Shown piece after piece: positions 52,396-63,777 of a stretch of 64,000 nt of DNA. The notes below the pieces were generated by a model, which had not been told where the DNA came from, did no database searches, and saw only the letters and a list, made by a program, of their open reading frames with translations. The stretch is from NCBI GenBank assembly GCA_963824385.1, contig CAWGPD010000003.1, positions 1 to 64,000 of the forward strand, read 5' to 3'. The translations under genes and the position numbers were made by a program. This DNA comes from an uncultured Nitrososphaerota archaeon (GTDB taxonomy: Archaea > Thermoproteota > Nitrososphaeria > Nitrososphaerales > Nitrosopumilaceae). Within the stretch, counting starts at the first letter, position 1; each line of letters opens with the position of its first letter.

Positions 52396-53556
52396 ATGAT
52401 GTGGTCTGATAAGTATAGACCAAAGAATTTGCTTGAAATGGTAGGAAATGAAGAAGCAAAGGAATCTTTTGTAAAATGGCTTGGAAAATGGATCAAGGGA
52501 ACAAAACCTCTTCTTTTAGTTGGTCCGCCAGGAATTGGAAAAACTACCATGGCAACCTTGAGTGCAAAACAATTTGGTTATGATTTAATCAGTATGAATG
52601 CAAGTGATGTGAGAAACAAGCAGAAAATTCAAGAAATTCTCAATCCTATTCTTGGTAATCGGAATCTACTTGGAAATCCTATGATCTTCGTTGATGAAGT
52701 CGATGGAATACATGGAAGATCTGATTTTGGTGGCGTAGAAGCATTGATTGACATACTAAAAGAGCCAACTGTTCCAATAATTCTTGCAGCAAATTCTGAT
52801 ATATCTGACAAAATGAAATCCATAAAAAAAGCTGTAACTACTGTAAAACTTAAACCTCTTCCTCCTAGGTTAATGAGACTATATCTTGAAGAAATTCTAA
52901 GGCGAGAAGATGCATCGATAAAAATTGGAAGTATGATAAAAGTGATTATAGATTCACGTGGTGATATAAGATCAATTTTAAATTCTGCCCAAGCATTGGC
53001 TGGTGGATTTGAGCCTGAACTTGATAAATCCAACCTCACTACTAATGTGGAAGAATCAATAAATTCATTTTTTAATGCAAAATCATTTGATGAGGCAAAA
53101 ATAATACTTTATTCTTTACGTATTGATCCTAGAGAAAAAATTAATGCATTTTATTCAAGTGTAATTACAAGTACTCTTCCAAAAGATACTCTAAAAGAAA
53201 TGTTGGGAATACTTTCTGAAGCTGATATGTTATACGGAAAAATAATGAGGCATCAAGAATGGCGACTCTTACGATATCTAGATAACATATTATTGAAATT
53301 ATACAAACAAGGAACAGCAATAAAATATTCTCAATTTAATCTTCCATGGCCTACTCTTAATAGAATCAGATGGGATGGGAGAGCAATAAAAGGACTAACT
53401 AGTAATCTTGCAAAACAAATGCATGTTTCACGTAGTGTATTTTCAACTTTCTATCTTCCATATCTTCTTTTTTGTATAAAAAATAAATCTCTAGAAATGA
53501 ACCTAAATGAAACAGATTATGAAATTGTACAAAAAGAATTGGATATGATGAAATGA
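52396..53556 (+). CDS. rfcL: Replication factor C large subunit
   Basis: WSDKYRP, GPPGIGKT, NASD.R, DEVDG, GDIRS. Confidence 0.92.
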   Translation: MMWSDKYRPKNLLEMVGNEEAKESFVKWLGKWIKGTKPLLLVGPPGIGKTTMATLSAKQFGYDLISMNASDVRNKQKIQEILNPILGNRNLLGNPMIFVDEVDGIHGRSDFGGVEALIDILKEPTVPIILAANSDISDKMKSIKKAVTTVKLKPLPPRLMRLYLEEILRREDASIKIGSMIKVIIDSRGDIRSILNSAQALAGGFEPELDKSNLTTNVEESINSFFNAKSFDEAKIILYSLRIDPREKINAFYSSVITSTLPKDTLKEMLGILSEADMLYGKIMRHQEWRLLRYLDNILLKLYKQGTAIKYSQFNLPWPTLNRIRWDGRAIKGLTSNLAKQMHVSRSVFSTFYLPYLLFCIKNKSLEMNLNETDYEIVQKELDMMK

Positions 53557-53870
53557 GCTGGCGAGCAATTCCTATGAAGTTTCCAGGAACATGTACAGTC
53601 TGCAAAAAAAAGATTGAAATCAATGAAGTTGCTTTGTGGGCAAAAGGATTGGGTGTAAAACATCAGACATGCGCAGAAGTTTTACAACTAAAATGTATAG
53701 TCTGTGGAGGCCCAGCAGGCTGTCCTGACTGTGAATTTGCAGATAACTGTGATCTGATCAAAGTCTCACAGATGTGTATTTGTAAGAAATGTAGTGATAC
53801 AAAAGATGCTTTTTTACTCTATCAAAGTTCTGTAGTGAAACGATATCCCATGCTAAATCTTAAAATCTAA
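53553..53870 (+). CDS. Cys-rich zinc-binding hypothetical protein
   Basis: MKFPGTCTVC..., CIVC, CPDC, CICKKC. Confidence 0.75.
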   Translation: MSWRAIPMKFPGTCTVCKKKIEINEVALWAKGLGVKHQTCAEVLQLKCIVCGGPAGCPDCEFADNCDLIKVSQMCICKKCSDTKDAFLLYQSSVVKRYPMLNLKI

Positions 53871-53890
53871 CCCTTCAGATTGAGAAACCA

Positions 53891-54163
53891 ATGGCAAAGC
53901 CTACTACAAAGATTGCACCATTAGATCCAGCCTTTCATGGGGAATCAAACTATGAGGTAGGATTGGAAGATCTCCTTACGGAGAATCGAAATTTAGTTGC
54001 AAAATTAGAAGCCGATCCACAGACTAGTCAAGAAACATTACAGTCTGCAAGGGAAGCACTTCAAGTCGTAGAGGGACTTTGGCAAAATTATCACATTGGC
54101 ATGAATGTTTTTCGTAACGCCAAGGGTGGCCGAGACGGTATTCGAGAAATAAAAACTGATTAA
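53891..54163 (+). CDS. Hypothetical helical protein
   Basis: 90-aa ORF filling the gap before the carboxylase operon. Confidence 0.65.
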   Translation: MAKPTTKIAPLDPAFHGESNYEVGLEDLLTENRNLVAKLEADPQTSQETLQSAREALQVVEGLWQNYHIGMNVFRNAKGGRDGIREIKTD

Positions 54164-54198
54164 ATTAATATAGGTTGCAGACAGTTCTAATTCGAATC

Positions 54199-55747
54199 AT
54201 GCATTCTGAAAAGATTAAGAATTTTTTACATAAAAGACGACAGGCAGAACAGAGTGGTGGAGAAGAAAGAGTTCAGGCTCAACATGATAAAGGCAAGCTA
54301 ACTGCAAGAGAACGAATTGACCTGCTTCTCGATGAAGGAAGTTTTCATGAAATCGATGCAATGACAACTCATCATTACTATGAATTTGATATGCAGGACA
54401 AAAAATTCTTTGGAGATGGAGTTGTTACAGGATATGGAACTATACACGGAAAACAAGTTTTTCTTTTTGCTTATGATTTTACAGTTCTTGGTGGAACACT
54501 TAGTGAGATGGGTGCCAAGAAAATTACAAAAATTATGGAGCATGCTACAAATGTTGGTTCTCCAATTATTGGAATAGCTGATTCAGGGGGAGCAAGAATT
54601 CAAGAAGGAATTCTAAGTCTTGATGGTTTTGCAAATATATTTTATCATAATCAACTTGCATCTGGAGTAGTTCCTCAAATTACCATTAGTGTGGGACCAT
54701 CCGCAGGAGGTGCAGTATATTCACCTGCAATGACAGATTTTGTAATAATGGCTGATAAGATTGCGACAATGTTTGTAACAGGTCCAGAGGTTGTCAAGAC
54801 AGTCCTTGGAGAAGATGTATCTTTTGATGAGCTTGGCGGTGCAATGTCACATGGAAAGAATAGTGGTGTTGCCCACTTTGTTGCAAAGAATGAATATCAG
54901 TGCATGGATATTGTCAAGACTCTCTTATCATATCTTCCTCAAAATAGCACAGAAGAACCACCAATTGTAGAAACTGGTGATGATCCAAACAGACTAGACA
55001 ATAATCTCATAAACATAATTCCAGAAAACCCTCTACAACCATATGATATGAAAGAAATCATTAGTTCTATAGTTGACAATCACATATTCTTTGAGATACA
55101 TGAATTATTTGCACCAAATGTCGTAATTGGATTTGCTAGACTACATGGAAGGACAATTGGAATTGTTGCAAACCAACCAATGGTACTTGCAGGTGCTTTG
55201 GATATTGACTCATCAAACAAGGCAGCAAGATTCATCCGATTCTGTGACTGCTATAGTATTCCAATTATTACTCTAGTAGATACTCCTGGGTATATGCCTG
55301 GGACACAACAGGAACATGCTGGAATCATCCGTCACGGAAGTAAACTCTTGTATGCATACTGTGAGGCTACAGTTCCAAAGATAACACTAATCATTGGAAA
55401 AGCCTACGGTGGAGCCTACATCGCAATGTCTAGCAAGAATTTAGGAACAGACATGAATTATGCTTGGCCAACTGCACAGATAGTCTGTACTAGGTTCTGA
55501 AGCAGCGGTACGGATAATGAACAGAAAAGAACTTGATGCTGCAAAAGATTCTGCTGCATTAAAAAAACAACTTGTAGATAATTTCACTGAAAAATTTGCA
55601 AACCCCTACGTAGCTGCATCTTATGGTACTATTGATTCAGTTATTGATCCTGCTGAAACCCGACCTGCACTAATACGAGCCTTGGATGCTTTAGCAAATA
55701 AAAGAGAGAGAAGAATTCCACGAAAGCATGGGAACATTAATCTTTAG
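54199..55747 (+). CDS. pccB: Acetyl/propionyl-CoA carboxylase carboxyltransferase subunit; apparent +1 frameshift at 55482-55486
   Basis: GKLTARERI, SGGARIQEG, DTPGY, AYGGAY; AGTCT to AGCT restores WPTAQIAVLGSE; ends KHGNINL. Confidence 0.94.
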
Positions 55748-55753
55748 AATGAT

Positions 55754-57247
55754 ATGATCAAGAAAATTTTAATCGCAAACAGGGGAGAAATCGCAATACG
55801 TGTAATCAAGACATGTAATGCATTAGGAATTAAATCAGTTGCAGTTTATTCCGATGAAGATGTAAATTCAAAGCATGTTAAGATGGCTTCTGAGGCATAT
55901 CACATTGGTGCTGCATCTCCTTCACAAAGTTATCTTAACATGGAAAAAATAGCAGAGACTGCAATTAGCTCTGGTGCTGATGCAATTCATCCTGGATATG
56001 GTTTTCTTTCAGAAAATGCAGATTTTGCAGATCTATGTGAGAAAAAGAAGATCAACTTCATTGGACCTTCTGGAAAATCAATGAGACTATGTGGTGATAA
56101 AATGGAATGTAAGAATGCAATGATGAAAGCAAATGTACCAACTGTACCAGGAAGTCCTGGAATTGTGGAAGAAGTTGAAAAGGCATTAGATATTGCTAAC
56201 AAAATTGGTTATCCTGTTTTACTAAAGTCGGTTTTTGGAGGAGGAGGCAGAGGAATAAGACTAGTGCATGATGAAAAAGAGCTCAGAGAAGCTTTTGAGA
56301 TGGCATCTGGAGAATCAAAAGCAGCGTTTGGCAAGTCTGCACTATTAGTTGAGAAATTCCTTCCAAAAATTCGTCATATTGAATTTCAGCTAGCACGTGA
56401 CAAACATGGAAATGCACTACATATCTTTGAGAGAGAGTGTTCAATCCAGAGAAGACATCAAAAGCTCATAGAGATGTCGCCCTCGCCAGTTGTTGACCAA
56501 AAGGTACGTGATGAAATTGGAGAACTTGCAGTAAAAGCCGCAGTAGCTGTAGATTATACAAATGCAGGAACTGCGGAATTTCTAAGATTGGATGATGGAA
56601 CTTTTTACTTTATAGAAATAAATGCAAGATTACAAGTTGAACATCCTGTAACAGAATTAGTTTCAGGACTTGATCTTGTAAAATTACAAATTGATATTGC
56701 AAATGGAAAAGAAATTCCTTTCAAACAAAAAGATCTCAAAGTAAATGGCTGCGCAATAGAGTGCAGAATTAATGCAGAGGATACATTTCTAGACTTTGCT
56801 CCTTCAACAGGAAAAATCTTTGATGTAAATATTCCTTCAGGTCCGGGAGTCCGAGTAGACACTTATCTATATCCGGGATGTACTGTCTCACCTTATTATG
56901 ACTCACTCATGGGTAAACTAATCACTTGGGGACAAAACTTTGAGGAGGCTAGACAGAGAATGACACTTGCATTATCTGATTTCTATATAGAAGGAGTTGA
57001 AACTGCAATTCCGTTATACAAGACTATTTTGGATAGTAAAGAATTCATCAGTGGTGATTTATCAACTGACTTTCTTGATAGATTCAAAATTCTTGATAGA
57101 CTACGTGATGATATGAAAAAAGAAGCATCAAGTAAATCTGAAGCTGCACTAGCTGCAACCTTGATACATTCAGAATTTCTCAAAAACAGGATAAAATCGC
57201 ATAAAGAACACAGTATTAGATGGAAAACACAAGTGGATAGGCATTAA
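55754..57247 (+). CDS. accC: Biotin carboxylase
   Basis: ANRGEIA, HPGYGFLSEN, GGGGRG, RECSIQRR, RLQVEH. Confidence 0.97.
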   Translation: MIKKILIANRGEIAIRVIKTCNALGIKSVAVYSDEDVNSKHVKMASEAYHIGAASPSQSYLNMEKIAETAISSGADAIHPGYGFLSENADFADLCEKKKINFIGPSGKSMRLCGDKMECKNAMMKANVPTVPGSPGIVEEVEKALDIANKIGYPVLLKSVFGGGGRGIRLVHDEKELREAFEMASGESKAAFGKSALLVEKFLPKIRHIEFQLARDKHGNALHIFERECSIQRRHQKLIEMSPSPVVDQKVRDEIGELAVKAAVAVDYTNAGTAEFLRLDDGTFYFIEINARLQVEHPVTELVSGLDLVKLQIDIANGKEIPFKQKDLKVNGCAIECRINAEDTFLDFAPSTGKIFDVNIPSGPGVRVDTYLYPGCTVSPYYDSLMGKLITWGQNFEEARQRMTLALSDFYIEGVETAIPLYKTILDSKEFISGDLSTDFLDRFKILDRLRDDMKKEASSKSEAALAATLIHSEFLKNRIKSHKEHSIRWKTQVDRH

Positions 57248-57248
57248 C

Positions 57249-57761
57249 ATGAAATTCAAACTAGAAAATACGGATGAAAACATGGATGGAGAAATTGTAA
57301 AGTCAGTTGGTAATAACGAATTTGTCTTGAAAATCCAAGGAAAAGAACGTGACCTCAAAATAATTACAATGACTCACGATAAAGTTGAGTTTATGTTGGA
57401 TAGTATTTATCATATCACAAAATATCTTGAAAACAGTACTAATCGAATAACACTAGTTATCGATGGAGTAAAGATCACATTTAACAAACGTCCCGAGATG
57501 GACAAGATTGTATACAAAAACTCTGGAGCTGATTTCACTGCAGACTCTCAAATAAATCTCAAAAGTCAAATTCCTGGTAGAGTAGTATCGATAAATGTGT
57601 CTACTGGAGATAATATCAAAAAAGGAGATGTGGTATGTGTCTTGGAATCTATGAAAATGCAAATCTCAATTAAATCTCATAAAGACGGTGTTGTAAAATC
57701 CATGAAATTAAAACAGGGTGCATCAGTTGCAAAAAATGATGTGCTTGCAGAGATTGAATAA
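57249..57761 (+). CDS. accB: Biotin carboxyl carrier protein
   Basis: ESMKM biotinylation motif. Confidence 0.93.
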   Translation: MKFKLENTDENMDGEIVKSVGNNEFVLKIQGKERDLKIITMTHDKVEFMLDSIYHITKYLENSTNRITLVIDGVKITFNKRPEMDKIVYKNSGADFTADSQINLKSQIPGRVVSINVSTGDNIKKGDVVCVLESMKMQISIKSHKDGVVKSMKLKQGASVAKNDVLAEIE

Positions 57762-57789
57762 ATATTTTTAAAAATAAATTAAAAGGAAT

Positions 57790-58260
57790 TTAATTTCCTT
57801 TTTTTAGAAAATCTATGATCTCTGGATAGTTTGGTTCTATCAATGGATTATCTGAAACCCATTTGTAGACTATTGTTCCATTTGCATCTACAATGAACAC
57901 AGATCTCTTGGCTGCATCGTAACCTTTCACATGCAACAAGTCAGGCATTAAAATATCATAATCTCTTATTGTCTGACTTTTGTAGTCTCCAAGTACGGGA
58001 AAATTGAGATGTTGTGCTTCTGCAAATGCTTTATTTGCAAATGGACCGTCATTACTAATTCCTATTACTTGGGCACCAAGTTTTGATATCTGATTCCATT
58101 CATCTCTGAAGGTACACATTTCTTTTGTACATACAGGAGAACTTGCTGCTACAAAGAATGAAAGAACTACTTTTTTGCCTTTAAATTCATCCAAACTTCG
58201 CATTTTCAGTTCTGTATCTACTAAAGTAAAAGGTGGTGCCTTTTGTCCTATATTTACCAT
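57790..58260 (-). CDS. Peroxiredoxin (AhpC/TSA, BCP-like)
   Basis: SPVCTKEMC, KRSVFIVD. Confidence 0.9.
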   Translation of the reverse strand: MVNIGQKAPPFTLVDTELKMRSLDEFKGKKVVLSFFVAASSPVCTKEMCTFRDEWNQISKLGAQVIGISNDGPFANKAFAEAQHLNFPVLGDYKSQTIRDYDILMPDLLHVKGYDAAKRSVFIVDANGTIVYKWVSDNPLIEPNYPEIIDFLKKGN

Positions 58261-58447
58261 GATAAAGTTTCATTATTGACATATATCAATCATTTTAGAA
58301 ATTTAAAATGGTTGAAATCTATTATAATTAAAAATTGAAGATATTACTTGATTTCAAAGAAATTATTGAAAAATTTGCTTACAATGAAAATTTTGATCGT
58401 ATAATGTGAATAGATTTTTATACTCTGTGACTGGCTTGTTAGCTACT

Positions 58448-58822
58448 TTGGTAGGAGAAGCTGCTAGTAGTTTCAGCCCAATTTTACTATTATTCATATT
58501 TGCAATAGTAGCAACAGGTCCAACCCTAATTCTTTCTAGAATGATCGCACCCAGACGTACTCCAAACCCTGTGAAATTCCTACCAATGGAATCTGGTCAA
58601 GTCCCACAAGGTGAAGGACGTACTCATTTCATGATGCAGTATTACTCGTATGTCTTGATGTTTGTTGTATTTGATGTGGCATCAATCTTTTTGTATGCCT
58701 GGGGAAGTAGTATTCTTAATTTGCCCAAGTCTGAAACTCTTCCAATTATAGGATTTCTAGCTATAATCTTTGCAGCTTTTGCCTTTGCACTGTATCAAGC
58801 GGGGAGACGAGACATTTGGTAA
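58448..58822 (+). CDS. nuoA: NADH-quinone oxidoreductase subunit A (start uncertain)
   Basis: ESG..P.G, YY...FVVFDV. Confidence 0.92.
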   Translation: MVGEAASSFSPILLLFIFAIVATGPTLILSRMIAPRRTPNPVKFLPMESGQVPQGEGRTHFMMQYYSYVLMFVVFDVASIFLYAWGSSILNLPKSETLPIIGFLAIIFAAFAFALYQAGRRDIW

Positions 58823-58865
58823 CTTTTAAATCGAATGCGGGAAAGGTTTCGGATGGAGAAGAAAA

Positions 58866-59393
58866 ATGCTAAAAGAACTATTTAATCAAGATACTGCACC
58901 ACATGCAACTAATGTTTTAATTGGAAAGCTTGGCGATGTATTAATCAAAGCAGTTGGAAAACCATTTGACATGGCAATAAACTGGGGCAGAATTTACTCT
59001 TTATGGCCAGTCCATCTTGAGACAGCATGTTGTAGTGTAGAATTTGGAGCTGCATCTAGTCCTCGTTATGACGTTGAAAGATTTGGTATCATAGAAGCAT
59101 TTGGTTCTCTCAGACAATGTGATCTTATTGTTGTCATGGGAACAATTACCAGAAAGATGGCTCCTAGATTAAGAATGGTATATGATCAGATGCCTGATCC
59201 AAAATATGTCATAGCAATGGGGGCATGTGCAATTACTGGAGGATTATACTTTGACTCGTATAACGTACTACCAGGAATCGATGGGGTTCTTCCCGTTGAT
59301 GTTTATGTTCCAGGTTGTCCACCTCGACCAGAAACACTAATCCAAGGATGTATGTTACTTCAAGAAAAAATAAAACGGATGAAGGCTAAATAG
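58866..59393 (+). CDS. nuoB: Complex I subunit B
   Basis: ACCSVE, MGACA, VPGCPPRPE. Confidence 0.97.
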   Translation: MLKELFNQDTAPHATNVLIGKLGDVLIKAVGKPFDMAINWGRIYSLWPVHLETACCSVEFGAASSPRYDVERFGIIEAFGSLRQCDLIVVMGTITRKMAPRLRMVYDQMPDPKYVIAMGACAITGGLYFDSYNVLPGIDGVLPVDVYVPGCPPRPETLIQGCMLLQEKIKRMKAK

Positions 59394-59395
59394 CC

Positions 59396-60052
59396 ATGAG
59401 CTCTGGAACTGAAGAGGGCGAAGTTAAAGATACTGCTGAAGAGCATACTGATGAAAATACATCAAGTTCAGATTCCATGTCAAAAGAGGAGGCAAAGAAA
59501 TTTTATGAAGAAAAAGGACTTGACTTATCTCCAGACGTTCCTGTTAAACCAAAACCTATTCCTGAATTTGAAAAGTCTTTAGCAGATAAAATTTCTTCAA
59601 AATTTGGCGATAAGATACACGTAGACTATATACGATCTGATAGAATTAGGGTAACTACTAAAAGAGAAGACATTGTAGATGTCGCTAAATTTATTCGAGA
59701 TGAACTAAAGTACGATCATGCAGAATCCGTATCTGGAGTTGACTATCCTGATGCACGTGAAATCGAAGTTGTATATCACTTGGGATCTTATACTGATGAA
59801 AGACTCGGACGCCAAATTTTTGCACTTGCAACTAGAGTTCCAAGAGAAGATGTTCCAAATCCAGGTTCAGATGGAACCAGAATGTCATCATTACGTGATG
59901 TATTCTATAGTGTAGAGTTTCACGAAAGAGAATGTTTTGAAATGTTTGGTGTTTATTTTGAAGGTCATCCTGATATGCGAAGATTACTCCTCCCAGAAGA
60001 TTGGGCAGATATACCGCCTTTTAGAAAAGATTTCAAGATAAAGGGACGATAA
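59396..60052 (+). CDS. nuoC: Complex I subunit C
   Basis: GVDY, ERE.FEMFG..F.GHP, P.RKDF. Confidence 0.94.
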   Translation: MSSGTEEGEVKDTAEEHTDENTSSSDSMSKEEAKKFYEEKGLDLSPDVPVKPKPIPEFEKSLADKISSKFGDKIHVDYIRSDRIRVTTKREDIVDVAKFIRDELKYDHAESVSGVDYPDAREIEVVYHLGSYTDERLGRQIFALATRVPREDVPNPGSDGTRMSSLRDVFYSVEFHERECFEMFGVYFEGHPDMRRLLLPEDWADIPPFRKDFKIKGR

Positions 60053-60054
60053 AA

Positions 60055-61188
60055 ATGACAACACAACTACCTCCGGGAATGCATATTGAGACCGTGGACG
60101 AAAAAATAATGACGCTCAATGTTGGACCTCAACATCCAGGTTCTGGACATATGAGATTAATTATCAAAGTTGACGGTGATTACATTGTTTCATGTGATCC
60201 TGATCCAGGTTATGTACATCGAGGAGAAGAAAAAATGGCCGAATACAGAAATTATATTCAAAATATTCCTCACCTTGAAAGACCTGTAATCCACGACTCT
60301 TCTAATATCTTGTATCCGTATTGTCTTGGAGTAGAAGAATTATTGGGAATTGAAGTTCCAGAGAGAGCAAAATACATCCGAGTCATTGCAGCAGAACTGA
60401 ATCGTTGTATCTATATTTTATACTGGTTGGCAATCTATGGAATATTCTTAGGTCACTCTACCATGTTTATGTGGCCTGCAGGTGATAGAGAACTTTTCAT
60501 TGATCTTTTAGAAGCAATGTCTGGTGCAAGAGTAACTCATGCATATCTAGTACCTGGAGGAGTACGAAATGATTTACCATCTAACTTTGAAGAGCGATGT
60601 TTAAGACAAGTTGCATATTTTGAAAAGAGACTAAAAGAGTATGAGGCTATTTTTTATCAGAATCCTCTCTTGAAAGCAAGAACAGAAGGTAGTGGAATAT
60701 TATCAAGAACAGATGCTATCAGACTTGGAACAACTGGTTCAGTACTGCGAGCATCTGGTGTTGATTTTGATGTAAGAAAAAAAGAACCATATGATGTTTA
60801 TGAAAATCTAGACTTTCAAACAATAGTGATGAAAGAGGGTGATTCCTATGCACGTTCCCGTATACCTTATCTTGAGATGTTTGAGAGTTGCAGAATAATT
60901 AAGGACGCATTAAAAAAGATGCCAAAGTCAGGCTCTGTGCGTACAAAATTAAAACCAAATCCAAAAGGTGGTAACGATGAAGTTTATCGTAGAGTAGAGT
61001 CTGGTAGAGGAGCAATTGGATATTACATTGTGTCTAACAACCGACCTGAACCTTATAGAGTAAAAATAAGCGTTGGATCATTTAGAAACTTGATCTGTAT
61101 GCCGTATTTGTTAAAGGGAGAAAAATTAGGTAACATGCCAGCAGTCTACTGGGGTCTTAATTATTGGCCTGTGGAGGCAGATCGATAA
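60055..61188 (+). CDS. nuoD: Complex I subunit D
   Basis: NVGPQHP, GYVHRG.EK, E.DR terminus. Confidence 0.96.
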   Translation: MTTQLPPGMHIETVDEKIMTLNVGPQHPGSGHMRLIIKVDGDYIVSCDPDPGYVHRGEEKMAEYRNYIQNIPHLERPVIHDSSNILYPYCLGVEELLGIEVPERAKYIRVIAAELNRCIYILYWLAIYGIFLGHSTMFMWPAGDRELFIDLLEAMSGARVTHAYLVPGGVRNDLPSNFEERCLRQVAYFEKRLKEYEAIFYQNPLLKARTEGSGILSRTDAIRLGTTGSVLRASGVDFDVRKKEPYDVYENLDFQTIVMKEGDSYARSRIPYLEMFESCRIIKDALKKMPKSGSVRTKLKPNPKGGNDEVYRRVESGRGAIGYYIVSNNRPEPYRVKISVGSFRNLICMPYLLKGEKLGNMPAVYWGLNYWPVEADR

Positions 61189-62491
61189 ATGTCTACTATC
61201 GCACCGCAGTTTAGATTCAGTAGATTCATTGCATCTCTATTTGATTTAATATTTTGGGTACTTCTGATCTTCAGTCTAGTTGGATTGCCCATAGTCTTTG
61301 TTATACTGTTTTACATCAAGCTTCCAATAATCAACGGTCAACTCATGACCCCATATCTTTCAATTACCTGGATTGCTGACCCATCACGTACTCTTCCAAT
61401 TGTCAAAAATTTCATTCATACAACTATCTTCAGAGTGATGGTATTTCCCGGATTTGGATTTGCTGCTTTACTTGCAGCTGCAACAATATTTGTAGAAAGA
61501 AAGTTTCTTGCAAAAATACAGCTCAGAGTAGGTCCACTTTATTGTGGAAAAATAGAAGGAATTCTACAACTGATGGGTGATGGTTTTAAGCTAATGAGTA
61601 AAGAGATCATAATACCTGCAAAAGCAGACAAACCAATTTTCTGGATGGGTCCATTATTGTTTGTAGGTGCAGCAGGTGCCTTTGTTTCTCTGATTCCAGT
61701 TGCTCCTGGATGGGTAGTTGCAAATCCTTCCGTTGGTCTTTTAGCAGTATTTGCAATCATAGGTTTCTTTCCAATAATTGCTGTACTCACAGCATGGGCA
61801 GCAAATAGCAAATGGACATTCATTGGTGGTCTTAGAGCACTTCATCAAATGGTTGCTTTTGAAATTCCATTAATTTTGTCACTTCTTGGAGTAGTGATAC
61901 TCTCTGGAAGTCTAAATCTTTCGCAAATTGTTGAATCACAACAACACTTTTGGTGGATTACTTTTGTACCGATTGGCGCAATAGTCTTTTTCATTACAAT
62001 CTTTGCAGAACTTGAAAGAATTCCATTTGATCTTCCAGAAGCAGAAAGTGAAATTGTTGCAGGATGGTTAACAGAGTTCTCTGGAATGATGTATGGATTA
62101 ATTCAGCTTGGAACTTATCTAAAATTATATGCATTTGCCGGATTGTTTGTTGTATTATTCCTTGGTGGTTGGAACGGTCCTATGGTTTGGCCACCCTTCC
62201 CACAAGATATCATAACTAATGGAATTACAATTGGTCCTGTAACTGCTAAAATCCCTGGATTGCCGCTCTTTGATCAACAAATGCTTAATGGCACACTGTG
62301 GTTTGTGATAAAGACTGTAGGAGTTATACTCTTGATTCTACTACCTCGTGGAGTTTTCCCAAGAGTTAGAATGGATATAGCATTACACACTGGTTGGTAC
62401 AAACTAATCGGTCTTGCTTTCATTAACATCTTTATAGACTCTCGGATTGCTATACGCAGGTGTCTTGGGACCTGGAGGATTGTTACAATGA
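61189..62491 (+). CDS. nuoH: Complex I subunit H; frameshift at 62436-62440 creates a false fusion to nuoI
   Basis: ERK...Q.RVGP, PFDLPEAESE; repair gives FIALGLLYAGVLGPGGLLQ* with an ATGA overlap to nuoI. Confidence 0.93.
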
Positions 62492-62986
62492 GTAATGTTA
62501 TCGGAATAATCCGCGCATTAAATTCCGGAGTTAAACATCTTGCAGTAAAGAGATTCACATTACGATATCCTGAGCAGAAATTAAAATTTGTAGGTGATGG
62601 ATTTCAATTCAATCCGGAGACCGGAGTGGGAATAGCTGGATTAAGAGGTCGACACATATTGTTCCATGAACATTGTACTGGTTGTCAGACTTTGTTCTGT
62701 AGCATGTGAGGGAATAGCAGAGGCCATAAGTATGGTCAAGATAGCTGAAACGTGGAAACATAACAAGAAAGCAATAATGCCACAGATTGATTATGGTAAA
62801 TGTGTATTCTGTGGACTATGCGTAGATGCTTGTCCGTTTTATGCACTATACATGACAAATGACTATGAGCTTTCTTCGTTTACCAAATCTGCTCTTATTT
62901 ACACCCCTGCTCAGCTTGCTATCAAACCAAATATTTCACAAGATGTTGAAATAAAAATAAGTGACAGGGGTGCTTCACATGGTTGA
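62488..62986 (+). CDS. nuoI: Complex I subunit I; frameshift at 62687-62691
   Basis: TLRYPE; repair restores CTGCQLCSVAC; second motif CVFCGLCVDACP. Confidence 0.93.
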
Positions 62987-63491
62987 TTCTGTATTTCTAG
63001 CTCTGTCTGTTCTAACAATTGGTTCTGCTATTGTAGCACTTGAGATACGATCTCTGATATATGGTTCAATAGCATTAATGATAACATTATCAGGAGTAGC
63101 TGGATTCTTTTTGCTTTTGGATGCACCATTTGTAGCAATGTTCCAACTTTCAGTTTATGTAGGTTCCATCGCGGTTCTAATATTATTCACAGTTATGCTA
63201 GTTCGACGAGAACTTATTTTCAATAAGGTTGAAGATAAACGTCGAAGATATGCTGGCATAGGACTGATGCTTGCACTTATGCTAGGCATAGGAACAATAA
63301 TCATTGGTTCTGGACTGAAAACCATGGATACCAATTCACCTATGGTAGATTACAAAAAAATAGGAGAAGACTTTCTGACATATTATTCGCCTGCATTAAT
63401 CGTTATGGCACTAATTTTGGCTTCATCAATTACTGGAGCAATGACACTGGCAAGAAGGGAGGATGCAATAGATGACCAACGCGCTGATTGA
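62979..63491 (+). CDS. nuoJ: Complex I subunit J
   Basis: VYVGSIAVLILF.VML. Confidence 0.93.
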   Translation: MVDSVFLALSVLTIGSAIVALEIRSLIYGSIALMITLSGVAGFFLLLDAPFVAMFQLSVYVGSIAVLILFTVMLVRRELIFNKVEDKRRRYAGIGLMLALMLGIGTIIIGSGLKTMDTNSPMVDYKKIGEDFLTYYSPALIVMALILASSITGAMTLARREDAIDDQRAD

Positions 63492-63777
63492 TTTTATTTT
63501 GGTTTCAGTGGCACTCCTTGCCATTGGAATCTATGGGATGGCTGTAAAGAGAAATGCAATCCGTATGCTTTTTGGTGTTGAAATGATAATTAATTCAGCC
63601 AATCTCAATTTGGTTGCATTTTCTAGGTATATACCAAATAGTCAGGGTCAGACACTTGCTCTCTTTTCTATTGCAATAGCAGCTGCAGAAGTTGCAGTGG
63701 GATTAGCACTTGTAATTGTAGCCTATAGAATGTACAGAAACATTGACATTGCAGACTTTAGGAGTTTAAAAGGATAA
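63472..63777 (+). CDS. nuoK: Complex I subunit K
   Basis: E..INSANLN, AAAEVAVGLA. Confidence 0.95.
   Translation: MTNALIDFILVSVALLAIGIYGMAVKRNAIRMLFGVEMIINSANLNLVAFSRYIPNSQGQTLALFSIAIAAAEVAVGLALVIVAYRMYRNIDIADFRSLKG

Noticed and set aside
61189..62709. Apparent NuoH-NuoI fusion ORF (506 aa)
   Set aside because: Produced by the extra base at 62436-62440; repair gives a normal nuoH stop overlapping the nuoI ATG
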